From IMG/VR virus record IMGVR_UViG_3300023178_001963: a stretch of 64,000 nt of DNA. One strand, written 5' to 3'. Numbering within the stretch: the stretch's first letter is position 1; every line of letters begins with the position of its first letter. The position numbers and the translations under genes are program-made. The notes below the pieces were generated by a model. That model did not search any database, was not told the origin of the DNA, and was given only the letters and a program-made list of their open reading frames with translations. The stretch is from a virus. Shown piece after piece: positions 48,885 to 57,537 of the stretch.

Positions 48885-50191
48885 TACTTGTAACCTATTT
48901 TCATAAATCTCTTATATTGTGGTAATACTAATTCACCTTCGAATAGAGTTTCTTTCATTTTTACGCTTTTACTAAACTGCTTTAGTGTTTTAAAAGAATT
49001 TACATGTTCTTCAATATCTACAAAATTATTATTCTGAAGTATAATTAATTTTCCATCTGGTATATTATTATACCATTCATCAAAGTTTTCAATATGTTCA
49101 CTACTTGTGTTAATTATAGTATCAGGATTGTCTTTAAGTTTTACAACAGCATCATTTGCAATCGTTTCATAATACATATTACCGATAGAACCGTCGCTAG
49201 GTGCTGGGTTTTTTGACCATTTGAATTTCATAATATCTAATGTACTTGCCTTAAAACGCCAATCTTCTAATAACCATTTCTTATTAAATGTCTCTGCTAT
49301 GTTAGCACAAGTAGGATCAATATCAAAACTTCTTATCTTTTCAATCTTAATTCCGCTTTCAAATAACATTGTAGCAAGCGTACCATACCATCCTGCGCAT
49401 AGGAATACTATTCCTAAATCTACATCTAATTTAGAAACTTCTTCAACTAACCACATCTTACTTTTTATCTGACCTCTACTCAAACAATCAGTATTGATTT
49501 CTATATCATTCAAATAAAAATATTTTAAAGCATCCACAAATTGTACGTCTTTATATCTTTTGATAATATCCCACAATTTGTTGGTATTATCTTCTAAAAG
49601 TAATTTACGCAAATCATGGTCTTCTAATAATCTAAAGACACTATGTAAGTTTTTTTCTAATACTGCTTTTCTTAAATCATCTGTTTTTCTATCATCAGTA
49701 TCTACAAATCTAAAAATACTATGTACATTCTTATCACACACGCTGTTTTTTAAACCAGAATAATAGTCAGGTAATAATCTAAACAAACTATATAAATTGT
49801 CCTCTGCCACCGCCTTTTTTAAATCTTCTAGTTTATTATAATGTTTTTCTTCTTCTAATAGTCTGAAAATACTTCTTATATTTTTTTCAATAACTGCTTT
49901 TCTAAGTTCATCGAACTGCGCAGGTAATAGTCTAAAAATACTGTGTCTATTTTCTTCTACAACTGCTTTACGCAGGTCATCATAATCATCTGGAAGTAAT
50001 CTAAAAATACTATGCAGATTTTCTTCAATAACAGCTTTGCGCAATTCGTCTGCATATAAGTTAGTTTTTTCTAATAGTTTGAATATACTAGACATATCTT
50101 TATCAATATATGCCCGTCTAAGTAGAGGAAATTCTTCTACTTCAGGATATAGTATTTCAAATCTATCTAATAATTCAAAAGTTTCTAACAT
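48884..50191 (-). CDS. methyltransferase-like protein with N-terminal helical repeats
   Basis: SKMWL, FLCAGWYG, IRSFDIDP, INTSSEH; repeats DxLRKAVxExNxHSIFRLL. Confidence 0.6.
   Translation of the reverse strand: MLETFELLDRFEILYPEVEEFPLLRRAYIDKDMSSIFKLLEKTNLYADELRKAVIEENLHSIFRLLPDDYDDLRKAVVEENRHSIFRLLPAQFDELRKAVIEKNIRSIFRLLEEEKHYNKLEDLKKAVAEDNLYSLFRLLPDYYSGLKNSVCDKNVHSIFRFVDTDDRKTDDLRKAVLEKNLHSVFRLLEDHDLRKLLLEDNTNKLWDIIKRYKDVQFVDALKYFYLNDIEINTDCLSRGQIKSKMWLVEEVSKLDVDLGIVFLCAGWYGTLATMLFESGIKIEKIRSFDIDPTCANIAETFNKKWLLEDWRFKASTLDIMKFKWSKNPAPSDGSIGNMYYETIANDAVVKLKDNPDTIINTSSEHIENFDEWYNNIPDGKLIILQNNNFVDIEEHVNSFKTLKQFSKSVKMKETLFEGELVLPQYKRFMKIGYK
49560..50125 (-). repeat. about 8 tandem ~23-aa coding repeats (DDLRKAVxEENxHSIFRLL)
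   Basis: Visible in the translation of 48884..50191. Confidence 0.8.
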
Positions 50192-51132
50192 TATTTGTAT
50201 CCTATTTTCATAAAGTAATATTTTTTATCGACTTGTATAACACCAGTATATACTTCGTAGTTCATTTCAAACTTACGATTGAATGCTTGTGAGCTGGAGA
50301 ATGGTCTTGGTACATCACCAGTTTCACCGACTACAACTACTCTGCGCATATCTGGTATCATATCCCACCATGCTTCATATTTTTCTAAGTAACTAATATT
50401 AGGATTGATCAAAGTTCCAGGTATTTCTTTGAATGGGTTAGATATAGTACCGTCTGGAAGAACAGTAGAGAATACATTTTCATCATAACCAATATTAAAT
50501 ATATCTTGTGTTGTTGCCTTAAATCTCCAATCTTGTAATAATTCATTTGACATCATTTCATCAGCCAAAAACTGTCCAGATCCGTGAATATCAAAAGAAC
50601 GAATATTTTCAAACCTAAGTTTCGTGTCTAGCATCATGGCACCCAGTAACCCCATGCCGCCGCCTAATAGATACACAGTACCGATATACTTTTCTCCAAA
50701 TGAATGGAACAAATGTTGAATAATCCATGTGTTAATTCTAGCACTTTCTTTTGTTAAGAAAGAACCCATATCGACATTGGGGAAGTGATAGATAATCTTT
50801 TTTAATCTATCCGAAAGATTATCTTTATCTTGTGGCGTATAATAAGTTAAAAAGTCCATAGCACTACGATAGTTACCTAATTGTTGAGCAACATTAACTT
50901 GTGAATACTGTTCTACCATTTCTTGGTAATTATAATGTTCTAAAAGCGGAGTACCGATAACTTCAGGAAAATTTTCTGCTATAGTTATTGTAGCTCCTGC
51001 TGCTGCACTCTCTGTTTCATCTTCTATAGTAAGCGTTGGATCTACTCCTACACTATCATATAGGTCTTGATTTGATTTGACTGATGTTTTTCTACGTCTG
51101 TTTTTATCAATCATTCTAATTTTTTTAACCAT
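50191..51132 (-). CDS. methyltransferase-like protein, paralogue of the downstream gene
   Basis: YLLGGGMG, IRSFDI, DWRFKATT, FMKIGYK shared with 48884..50191. Confidence 0.6.
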   Translation of the reverse strand: MVKKIRMIDKNRRRKTSVKSNQDLYDSVGVDPTLTIEDETESAAAGATITIAENFPEVIGTPLLEHYNYQEMVEQYSQVNVAQQLGNYRSAMDFLTYYTPQDKDNLSDRLKKIIYHFPNVDMGSFLTKESARINTWIIQHLFHSFGEKYIGTVYLLGGGMGLLGAMMLDTKLRFENIRSFDIHGSGQFLADEMMSNELLQDWRFKATTQDIFNIGYDENVFSTVLPDGTISNPFKEIPGTLINPNISYLEKYEAWWDMIPDMRRVVVVGETGDVPRPFSSSQAFNRKFEMNYEVYTGVIQVDKKYYFMKIGYK

Positions 51133-52225
51133 TGTTTTCTTCCTTGAACTTTGTTTTTAACCAATCAAAATCATTTATAAGATTTAATTTATCTTGTTGG
51201 TTGTGAAATTTCTCACCATATTGTTTTCCAGAGTTTGCTCCCAATAAAGCAAATTCGCCCATGTGTCTGTCTTTTCCCACAGTACACCAAGTATCTAATC
51301 TAGTATTATTTTCTTCTTCTACACTACGATTAATAATATTACTACTTAGCTTAACACATTCTCTAAAAGCACTCTTCCAAGTATTAAACGGATCAGTGTT
51401 AAATGTAGTATAGTTGGATACTGCATCCATAATTCTGAATTTATCTGATATTGACGTAGTAAAATCTATGTTCCAATGGGTTGCTTGACGTAACAATTTA
51501 GTTGGAAATAGTTTCACGCCGCCATAACCATATTCTAAATCATTGATCGGATTACGAGATTTCCAAACATGTACTGTTTCTCTATCCCATGGATCAGCAT
51601 AATAATCAAATTCAAAATCCTCTACTATCTCAGCGTCTGCATCTACGACATAAAACATATCAGTTTCTACTATCTCAGATGCTACCTTGTGAGCATTAAA
51701 AATACCCTTAACACCACGAACTCTTTTTGCGTCTGGTTCCTTTTCTAAAAGTTTATGGTAATTTTCATCAGCAAAAGGTTCATTATAACTCAAATAAACA
51801 ATATCATATTTTTTATCAACTGTAACATAATGAACATTACTTTTGTGTTCTTTGTAATGTCCTTTTTTAAAATACAAACTGTTATCAAAATCATCTAAGT
51901 CATAATTTTTGTGTATAAGTTTAACCCCAATAGACATTGAATAGTTATTTCTTAGATCCGTATACCAAACATGTGATAACTTATTATCCCAAACTTCAGG
52001 GATCATGTTCCAATTAAAATCATCGTTGACTTGTGTTTCAGGATCAATCACCCACATATATTCTGTATTACTCAACTTTTGTATTTTGGTCACTGCTTCT
52101 TTTATTTGATTGTTATCTGAAATTTTAACCATGCGAACATTAGGCATTTTTTCCCTAATACGTTTGTACTTTGAAAATTCTTCTTTGCAATAATCAAGTG
52201 TTATAAAAAAACAATCGTAAGCCAT
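51125..52225 (-). CDS. glycosyltransferase-like protein with duplicated GT-A-type domain
   Basis: YD(C/I)(F/V)...MWVIDPE / MFYVVDADA, HVW, GVKL repeated twice; WKSAFRECVKL. Confidence 0.6.
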   Translation of the reverse strand: MAYDCFFITLDYCKEEFSKYKRIREKMPNVRMVKISDNNQIKEAVTKIQKLSNTEYMWVIDPETQVNDDFNWNMIPEVWDNKLSHVWYTDLRNNYSMSIGVKLIHKNYDLDDFDNSLYFKKGHYKEHKSNVHYVTVDKKYDIVYLSYNEPFADENYHKLLEKEPDAKRVRGVKGIFNAHKVASEIVETDMFYVVDADAEIVEDFEFDYYADPWDRETVHVWKSRNPINDLEYGYGGVKLFPTKLLRQATHWNIDFTTSISDKFRIMDAVSNYTTFNTDPFNTWKSAFRECVKLSSNIINRSVEEENNTRLDTWCTVGKDRHMGEFALLGANSGKQYGEKFHNQQDKLNLINDFDWLKTKFKEENNG

Positions 52226-52248
52226 AATTATCCATATATCTTTAACGT

Positions 52249-52277
52249 ATTATAACATATTAATCGTCACTTGTAAA
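52249..52277 (-). promoter_or_regulatory. sigma70-type promoter (minus strand)
   Basis: TTTACA-17-TATAAT upstream of ATG 52225. Confidence 0.5.
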
Positions 52278-53795
52278 CACCGAAATACCATAATGTTTGG
52301 CAAAATCTTCAGCATCCTTTTCATCATTTACTATTGGTTGTCCCTTTATGTTTAATGATGTATTGACTAACATCGGACATCCTGTTTCTTTTTTGAACTT
52401 ATATAGTAATTCATATAGCTCAGGATGTTGGTCATGTCTTACAGTCTGTACACGTGATGTTCCGTCTTTGTGAATGATAGCAGGTAATTCATCAGGATAT
52501 TTACATTCAGCAACAAACTGCATATATGGGCTTTCTGTCACATTTTTTGGCATGTAAAAATAATCATTTACGTCTTCTTCTAAAATCATCGGTGCAAAAG
52601 GTCTAAACTTTTGTCTGCGTTTGATTTCATTCATACGGTCTTTAATATCATCACCACGTGGGTCTGCTGTTAATGTACGATTGCCTAGCGCACGTGGACC
52701 GAACTCTGCTCTTCCGTTTGCTATACCAACAATCTCACCACGTAATAATGCTGCTAATGCTTTCTCTACTGGATATGATCCTTTAATCTCATGTCCTAAA
52801 TAAGGTGTTTCCCAATGAATACGATTATTAAAATATTTTTGTGTAGCGCCGATACAAGAACCTGCATCACCTGGGTTAGGCATGATCCATATATTTCTAA
52901 ATGCTGCTGTGATTTTAGAGTTAGCACTACAGTTTAGCGCACAGCCTCCCATAATTATTATGTTTGTACTAAGAGACATATTTCTAGCTGTATATACAAT
53001 ACGCTCCAACATATGTTCATACACCAATTGAGTTGCGGCAGCTATATCAAACAAGTCTTGTTCTTCTTGTAGTTCTTCTAAAAACCAACGACAACCTCTA
53101 TGTAGATTTTCTTTAAATGATATTAATTTGAATACTTCTCCGCTGCGGTCTTCTAACTTAATACCAAAATCATCCATTAAATGTTGTACTAAAGTTTTTC
53201 CATTATGTCTGCGATACGGATCACCATACGCTGCCATACCCATAAGAATGTATTCGTCTTCTTGTGGCTTTAGTCCTAGTCGCTGTGTCATAGCTGAATA
53301 GAAAAGACCTACACTGTTAGGATAATCCTGAGAATATAGTTTTTCCAGTTTGTCTCCTCGACCACGCCAGATACTAAGAGTTTCAAATTCACCTATAGAA
53401 TCAATAACAACGACAGCCGCTTCCGCAAGTTTACTTGTGTAATAACCAGAGGCAGCATGTGTGTAATGATGCGATTGATATTCAATTTTGATACCTGCTA
53501 ACTGTGGGAACTTTTTCTTAATATAACGCTTGGGCATTTCGTCCCAATCAAATACAAAATCCCATTGTTGTGCTGTTGCTTGTCTAAATTTCTTTAGTAG
53601 AGGTTTTTCATACCAAGCAATAACATCTGGTTTACCATACGATAACGCAGCATTTATAATCGCATCATTTAGCAGTGGATCGTTTTTAATCTTACTGTAG
53701 CGTTCACTATGTGAAGCATATAATATGCGACCATCTTCAACAACTGATACTGCCGCATCGTGGTTTAACGCACCGCTAATTCCCATAACTCTCAT
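52260..53795 (-). CDS. carbamoyltransferase (NodU/CmcH/TobZ family)
   Basis: HDAAV, SERYSKIKND, HHYTHAAS, MGGCALNC, PGDAG, EFGPRALGNR, FRPFAP, DGTSRVQTV, NTSLN. Confidence 0.93.
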   Translation of the reverse strand: MRVMGISGALNHDAAVSVVEDGRILYASHSERYSKIKNDPLLNDAIINAALSYGKPDVIAWYEKPLLKKFRQATAQQWDFVFDWDEMPKRYIKKKFPQLAGIKIEYQSHHYTHAASGYYTSKLAEAAVVVIDSIGEFETLSIWRGRGDKLEKLYSQDYPNSVGLFYSAMTQRLGLKPQEDEYILMGMAAYGDPYRRHNGKTLVQHLMDDFGIKLEDRSGEVFKLISFKENLHRGCRWFLEELQEEQDLFDIAAATQLVYEHMLERIVYTARNMSLSTNIIIMGGCALNCSANSKITAAFRNIWIMPNPGDAGSCIGATQKYFNNRIHWETPYLGHEIKGSYPVEKALAALLRGEIVGIANGRAEFGPRALGNRTLTADPRGDDIKDRMNEIKRRQKFRPFAPMILEEDVNDYFYMPKNVTESPYMQFVAECKYPDELPAIIHKDGTSRVQTVRHDQHPELYELLYKFKKETGCPMLVNTSLNIKGQPIVNDEKDAEDFAKHYGISVFTSDD

Positions 53796-53804
53796 AGGTA
53801 ACTC

Positions 53805-53918
53805 CTATTTGTAAATGAAAGGATCTCTCTTACGAAGTTCTTCCATTTTCTTCTTTAGCTGCTTTTTTCTTTTATACTCGACAAAAGGCCAAGTTATGAT
53901 TTCCCAAAGTGTTTTCAT
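53805..53918 (-). CDS. 37-aa basic peptide (MKTLWEIITWPFVEYKRKKQLKKKMEELRKRDPFIYK)
   Basis: Read manually; ATG overlaps the upstream TAA; fills the gap between the SGNH gene and the carbamoyltransferase. Confidence 0.6.
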   Translation of the reverse strand: MKTLWEIITWPFVEYKRKKQLKKKMEELRKRDPFIYK

Positions 53919-54649
53919 TATCCGTTTCCTGATCTTGTTCTTTCTATATCATCAAATAATATTTTTGCCCAACCATTATGTGCTTCTTTGTTTGGATGCA
54001 TATACCTTTCGTCGCCCTCTTTATCATAGTATAACTCATTATCATACATATATGTAAAGAATGTTTGTTGTTCATATAATCTAGTCATATCTATTTGCGC
54101 CATAACATTTGTCATTTCTGTTTGCTCACAAATTTCTGAAAAGATTGTAGGATCAATCAAGTTAGGTGTAAGATTTAGTGAATTAAAAATTACATATTCT
54201 AAATCAGCATTCTTAAAAAAGTTTTGAAGTGTTAAAACATTTATAAGATATTGATGGAAGTCATATGTTGGACTCCAAAAATGCTTCATGTATAAAGAAT
54301 TTAACAATGCCAATTCTTTATTAGTTTCTTCTTCGAGTCTAATGTTACCATGATATTCCGGTGACGGTATATTATGAACTAGTAGATTTTTATCTTCTAT
54401 AAAATGCTCTCTTCTGCTAGGAGCAGTCATACCTATAGCACAAAAAGGCTTCTTACCTTCTTGTAGAAAATCACTCACAGTTTTAATTGTTGTTCTTACA
54501 ATATATGTATTAGAAACGCCTCTGTCTGCTTCTGTGACAGTTTCATCTCTATCAAACCCTAACATCTCTGCTAGTTCATAAGGCCATGCAGTTTCTTTAT
54601 CTGCTAGTCCAGTTCCATATGTAAAGCTACATCCATTTGCGTATAACAT
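53918..54649 (-). CDS. SGNH/GDSL-like protein
   Basis: YANGCSFTYG, GVSN, MHPNKEAH. Confidence 0.65.
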   Translation of the reverse strand: MLYANGCSFTYGTGLADKETAWPYELAEMLGFDRDETVTEADRGVSNTYIVRTTIKTVSDFLQEGKKPFCAIGMTAPSRREHFIEDKNLLVHNIPSPEYHGNIRLEEETNKELALLNSLYMKHFWSPTYDFHQYLINVLTLQNFFKNADLEYVIFNSLNLTPNLIDPTIFSEICEQTEMTNVMAQIDMTRLYEQQTFFTYMYDNELYYDKEGDERYMHPNKEAHNGWAKILFDDIERTRSGNG

Positions 54650-54675
54650 TCAAGTATCCTTTTTAACTTCGTACT

Positions 54676-54682
54676 TATTTAT
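54676..54682 (-). promoter_or_regulatory. late promoter core ATAAATA (minus strand)
   Basis: AGATAAATA upstream of the 54649 start, heading the minus-strand block. Confidence 0.5.
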
Positions 54683-54692
54683 CTTTAAAAAC

Positions 54693-54731
54693 TTGACATA
54701 TCCACGAATCATGCTATATTAATTATGTAAT
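54693..54731 (+). promoter_or_regulatory. early promoter with CGAATC spacer motif
   Basis: TTGACA(54693)..CGAATC(54705)-4nt-TATATT(54715)-6nt-GTAAT. Confidence 0.8.
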
Positions 54732-54750
54732 CAAAGAGAAGGACTTAGTT

Positions 54751-55050
54751 ATGCAAGCAGTAGAACATAAAACATATGAAGCATATGTAGCGTACAATAC
54801 AGCACGTGGTTACGGTTATATTCCCGAAAACTTATACAATGCCATTAAAGAGCAAGAGTTAAGCACATTCAATCAGTTCTATAACGATATGATCTGGACT
54901 GCTACTGAGCCTGCTAACAAGAACAAAGACGGTACTATTAACTGGAACTTTGTTGATAGCGATATGTACATGAAATGGGGAGTGTTGCTTGACGGTGAAC
55001 TGTATACTGAATACTTTGAAAAAGCTGCAGACATTATAGAAGGTAAATAA
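54751..55050 (+). CDS. hypothetical early protein
   Basis: 99 aa; NKDGTINWNFVDSDMY. Confidence 0.6.
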   Translation: MQAVEHKTYEAYVAYNTARGYGYIPENLYNAIKEQELSTFNQFYNDMIWTATEPANKNKDGTINWNFVDSDMYMKWGVLLDGELYTEYFEKAADIIEGK

Positions 55051-55052
55051 AC

Positions 55053-56027
55053 ATGAAAAAATTCGTAGCATTAAGTTTATTAAGTCTTAGTGTATTAGGT
55101 TGTTCGCCTGATACTTCTACCATACAACAAGAAAAGCCAACAGGTGTTAATCAAAATATAGGACAAATACTTATGGCAGATAGCAAGTATGGCAACATAT
55201 TTGTTGAGAGAAATGTTGCCAAAAGTAAAGCATTTAAAATGGTAGAACATCAGGGTGAAATTGCTGCTAGAATACATCTTAGTACCTCTATGGGAGGTGC
55301 ACGTGATGATTGGTATCGTAATGGTGTAGGCGGTTTTGGACAACGTTTTGAATATGGACAACGAAAAGAAACGGCACAGCGTTTTAATAAAGAGATTTGG
55401 ACACGAATTGTTTTTTGGTTACCCAAAGGTACTGTAGCAGACGCACCTGCTACAATCTTTGATTTAAAAGAAATACGAAATAATCAAACATTCGGTCCCC
55501 TATTAAATCTTTCAGTTCGAGGTGAAGGTCTTACTATAAAACATCAGTTTAAAGAAAATGACTGTATTATTGGACGTGACGGTGACGGCGAGAATTCATT
55601 CTGTGATAAGACAGATACAATGGTATTCTTGGGTGGAACACAGCGTTATACTGGACGTTGGGTAGAATATGTAAGCCGTGCTGTTTGGTCAAATGATACT
55701 AATGGTGTATACGATGCTTGGATAGATGGTAGAAAGGTTATCGGTTATCGTGGCAATACATCATTTGGTGCTGATAGAATTGCATTTAAGTTTGGTCTAT
55801 ATCGTATTCGTATGAATGAATTTAATACCGTAAGAGACCTAGAAATATACTTTAGCAAAGTAGGCACAGCAGGTACATGTGAAACATTAGAAATAACAAA
55901 CTGTGACTCATTATATAGAACTCAAAATGTAATGGGATACCCATCAGCTACTAAAGTTTTTGAATTCGAAATGAACCAAAAAACAGATTTCATTAACAGT
56001 GGCGGGCGTGTATTAAAACGGTTTTAA
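55053..56027 (+). CDS. lipoprotein with polysaccharide lyase-like beta-jelly-roll domain
   Basis: Lipobox VLGC; QRFE, GRWVE...WS...GVYDAWIDG, FKFGLYR. Confidence 0.6.
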   Translation: MKKFVALSLLSLSVLGCSPDTSTIQQEKPTGVNQNIGQILMADSKYGNIFVERNVAKSKAFKMVEHQGEIAARIHLSTSMGGARDDWYRNGVGGFGQRFEYGQRKETAQRFNKEIWTRIVFWLPKGTVADAPATIFDLKEIRNNQTFGPLLNLSVRGEGLTIKHQFKENDCIIGRDGDGENSFCDKTDTMVFLGGTQRYTGRWVEYVSRAVWSNDTNGVYDAWIDGRKVIGYRGNTSFGADRIAFKFGLYRIRMNEFNTVRDLEIYFSKVGTAGTCETLEITNCDSLYRTQNVMGYPSATKVFEFEMNQKTDFINSGGRVLKRF

Positions 56028-56030
56028 AAC

Positions 56031-56070
56031 TTGACAGATCCTGCGAATCACTATATATTATATATGTAAT
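56031..56070 (+). promoter_or_regulatory. early promoter with CGAATC spacer motif
   Basis: TTGACA(56031)..CGAATC(56044)-4nt-TATATT(56054)-6nt-GTAAT. Confidence 0.8.
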
Positions 56071-56088
56071 TGAGAGAAAGGTGACAAT

Positions 56089-56340
56089 ATGTTTCGTATC
56101 CCAGCTTTTAACAAATTTGATATGACTTTTGAAGAAGCAAAAGTGACTATGACACATTATGGTCGTGGCGACTTGCTTGAAGGCATGATGGCTATGGATC
56201 GTGTTTGGGAAGAACACTGCGCAAGTTATGGCAGTGACAATGCTCGTTTTGATAGTGACAGTGACTTCTACGAATGGTATGAAGCAGAAGTGAATGCTTA
56301 CAACAAAGTGTTCGAAACAATGAAACCTTTATTCGCATAA
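56089..56340 (+). CDS. hypothetical early protein
   Basis: 83 aa after GAAAGG SD. Confidence 0.6.
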   Translation: MFRIPAFNKFDMTFEEAKVTMTHYGRGDLLEGMMAMDRVWEEHCASYGSDNARFDSDSDFYEWYEAEVNAYNKVFETMKPLFA

Positions 56341-56350
56341 GGAGAGAGAT

Positions 56351-56545
56351 ATGCAGACAATTTATCGGGATTCACCAAACGGAAACGCTTTCTACATCTT
56401 AGGTGTAGCAGTTCAGTTGATGAAAGATTTAGGTTATGCTTCGCAAGATGCCGAAGCTGTGCTTGACGAAATGAAGTCAGGTGACTATGAGGATCTTGTT
56501 TCTGTTTTTAATCAAACATTCTGTGACTATGCGGAGGTAGTGTAA
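56351..56545 (+). CDS. hypothetical early protein
   Basis: PNGNAFYILG...EMKSGDYEDL, small conserved phage-type protein; AAGGAG SD. Confidence 0.6.
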   Translation: MQTIYRDSPNGNAFYILGVAVQLMKDLGYASQDAEAVLDEMKSGDYEDLVSVFNQTFCDYAEVV

Positions 56546-56736
56546 TGAATATAGACTTTAATAAAATTGATAATGTAGAAGTAGCATGTATTGACATGGC
56601 AGACTATCCTGACTTCTGCGATGCGTATATCGAAAGCTGTGACATTGATGGTGTTCCTGCTACTGAGGAAGAACTAGATGCTATCAATGATAATGGTGAC
56701 TTTGTTGCTGAGTGTGTATGGGATGCAATCTACTAA
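56545..56736 (+). CDS. hypothetical acidic early protein
   Basis: IDMADYPDFCDAYIES. Confidence 0.6.
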   Translation: MNIDFNKIDNVEVACIDMADYPDFCDAYIESCDIDGVPATEEELDAINDNGDFVAECVWDAIY

Positions 56737-56739
56737 AAC

Positions 56740-56778
56740 TTGACAAGATAGCGAATCGTGCTATATTAATAGAGTAAT
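56740..56778 (+). promoter_or_regulatory. early promoter with CGAATC spacer motif
   Basis: TTGACA(56740)..CGAATC(56752)-4nt-TATATT(56762)-6nt-GTAAT. Confidence 0.8.
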
Positions 56779-56796
56779 CACAGAGAGGACTTAAAC

Positions 56797-57537
56797 ATGA
56801 TTAATGCTCGTTCATTTGCTGATGAAACTTTAAAACTAAAACCATCAGTTTTCTACGATAATCCTGTTACTAAAACTGAGTTACTTGCGCTTGCTATCGT
56901 TGCTCAAAAGATTAACGGTGAGTATATCAAACGTGGCGGCCATTCGGACTTCATAGAAGATGAAGACGGAAACAGTCAATATGTATTAGTCAAGCAAAGT
57001 AACCGCTTTGTTATGGAAACCATCCAACAGTTAGACGGCGATGCTCTTTCTACTGATGTTATGATAGAAGCTGAAGAAATGATGAAGAATCTAGAACTTG
57101 ACTACATGTTCAAAGTTTTAGGAGATCAATTGAATGACTTTGAAACAAGCATTCAGCAGTTTCTTTCCGATGATGAAGAACTTTCTCCTCGCCATCATAT
57201 TGGTGTTGTTGCTTACATCCCAGCATATGTTGAGCGTGAAGAAACACAGAAGCGTTTGGCAGAACGTTCAGTTGGTTCTGAGCATATCGGTTCTAAAGGT
57301 GATACTGTGTCTACTGAAATTGAAATTATTTCTAAGCGTCCAGCAACAGCATGGGCAGGATATAATATTAATGCTATTACGACTGATGGTAATCGTGTTT
57401 CATTCTTTACTACAAAAGATTATATAGCAAATAAAAAAGGTTCTTTTAAAATTACAGGAAAAGTAAAAGATTTGGGACGTGTTTGGAACAATGAGACAAT
57501 CAAAGAGACTCGACTGAACTACGTTAAGATTGTCTAA
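56797..57537 (+). CDS. hypothetical protein with possible C-terminal OB-fold
   Basis: SEHIGSKGD...DGNRVSFF...ITGKVK...ETRLNYVK. Confidence 0.55.
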   Translation: MINARSFADETLKLKPSVFYDNPVTKTELLALAIVAQKINGEYIKRGGHSDFIEDEDGNSQYVLVKQSNRFVMETIQQLDGDALSTDVMIEAEEMMKNLELDYMFKVLGDQLNDFETSIQQFLSDDEELSPRHHIGVVAYIPAYVEREETQKRLAERSVGSEHIGSKGDTVSTEIEIISKRPATAWAGYNINAITTDGNRVSFFTTKDYIANKKGSFKITGKVKDLGRVWNNETIKETRLNYVKIV

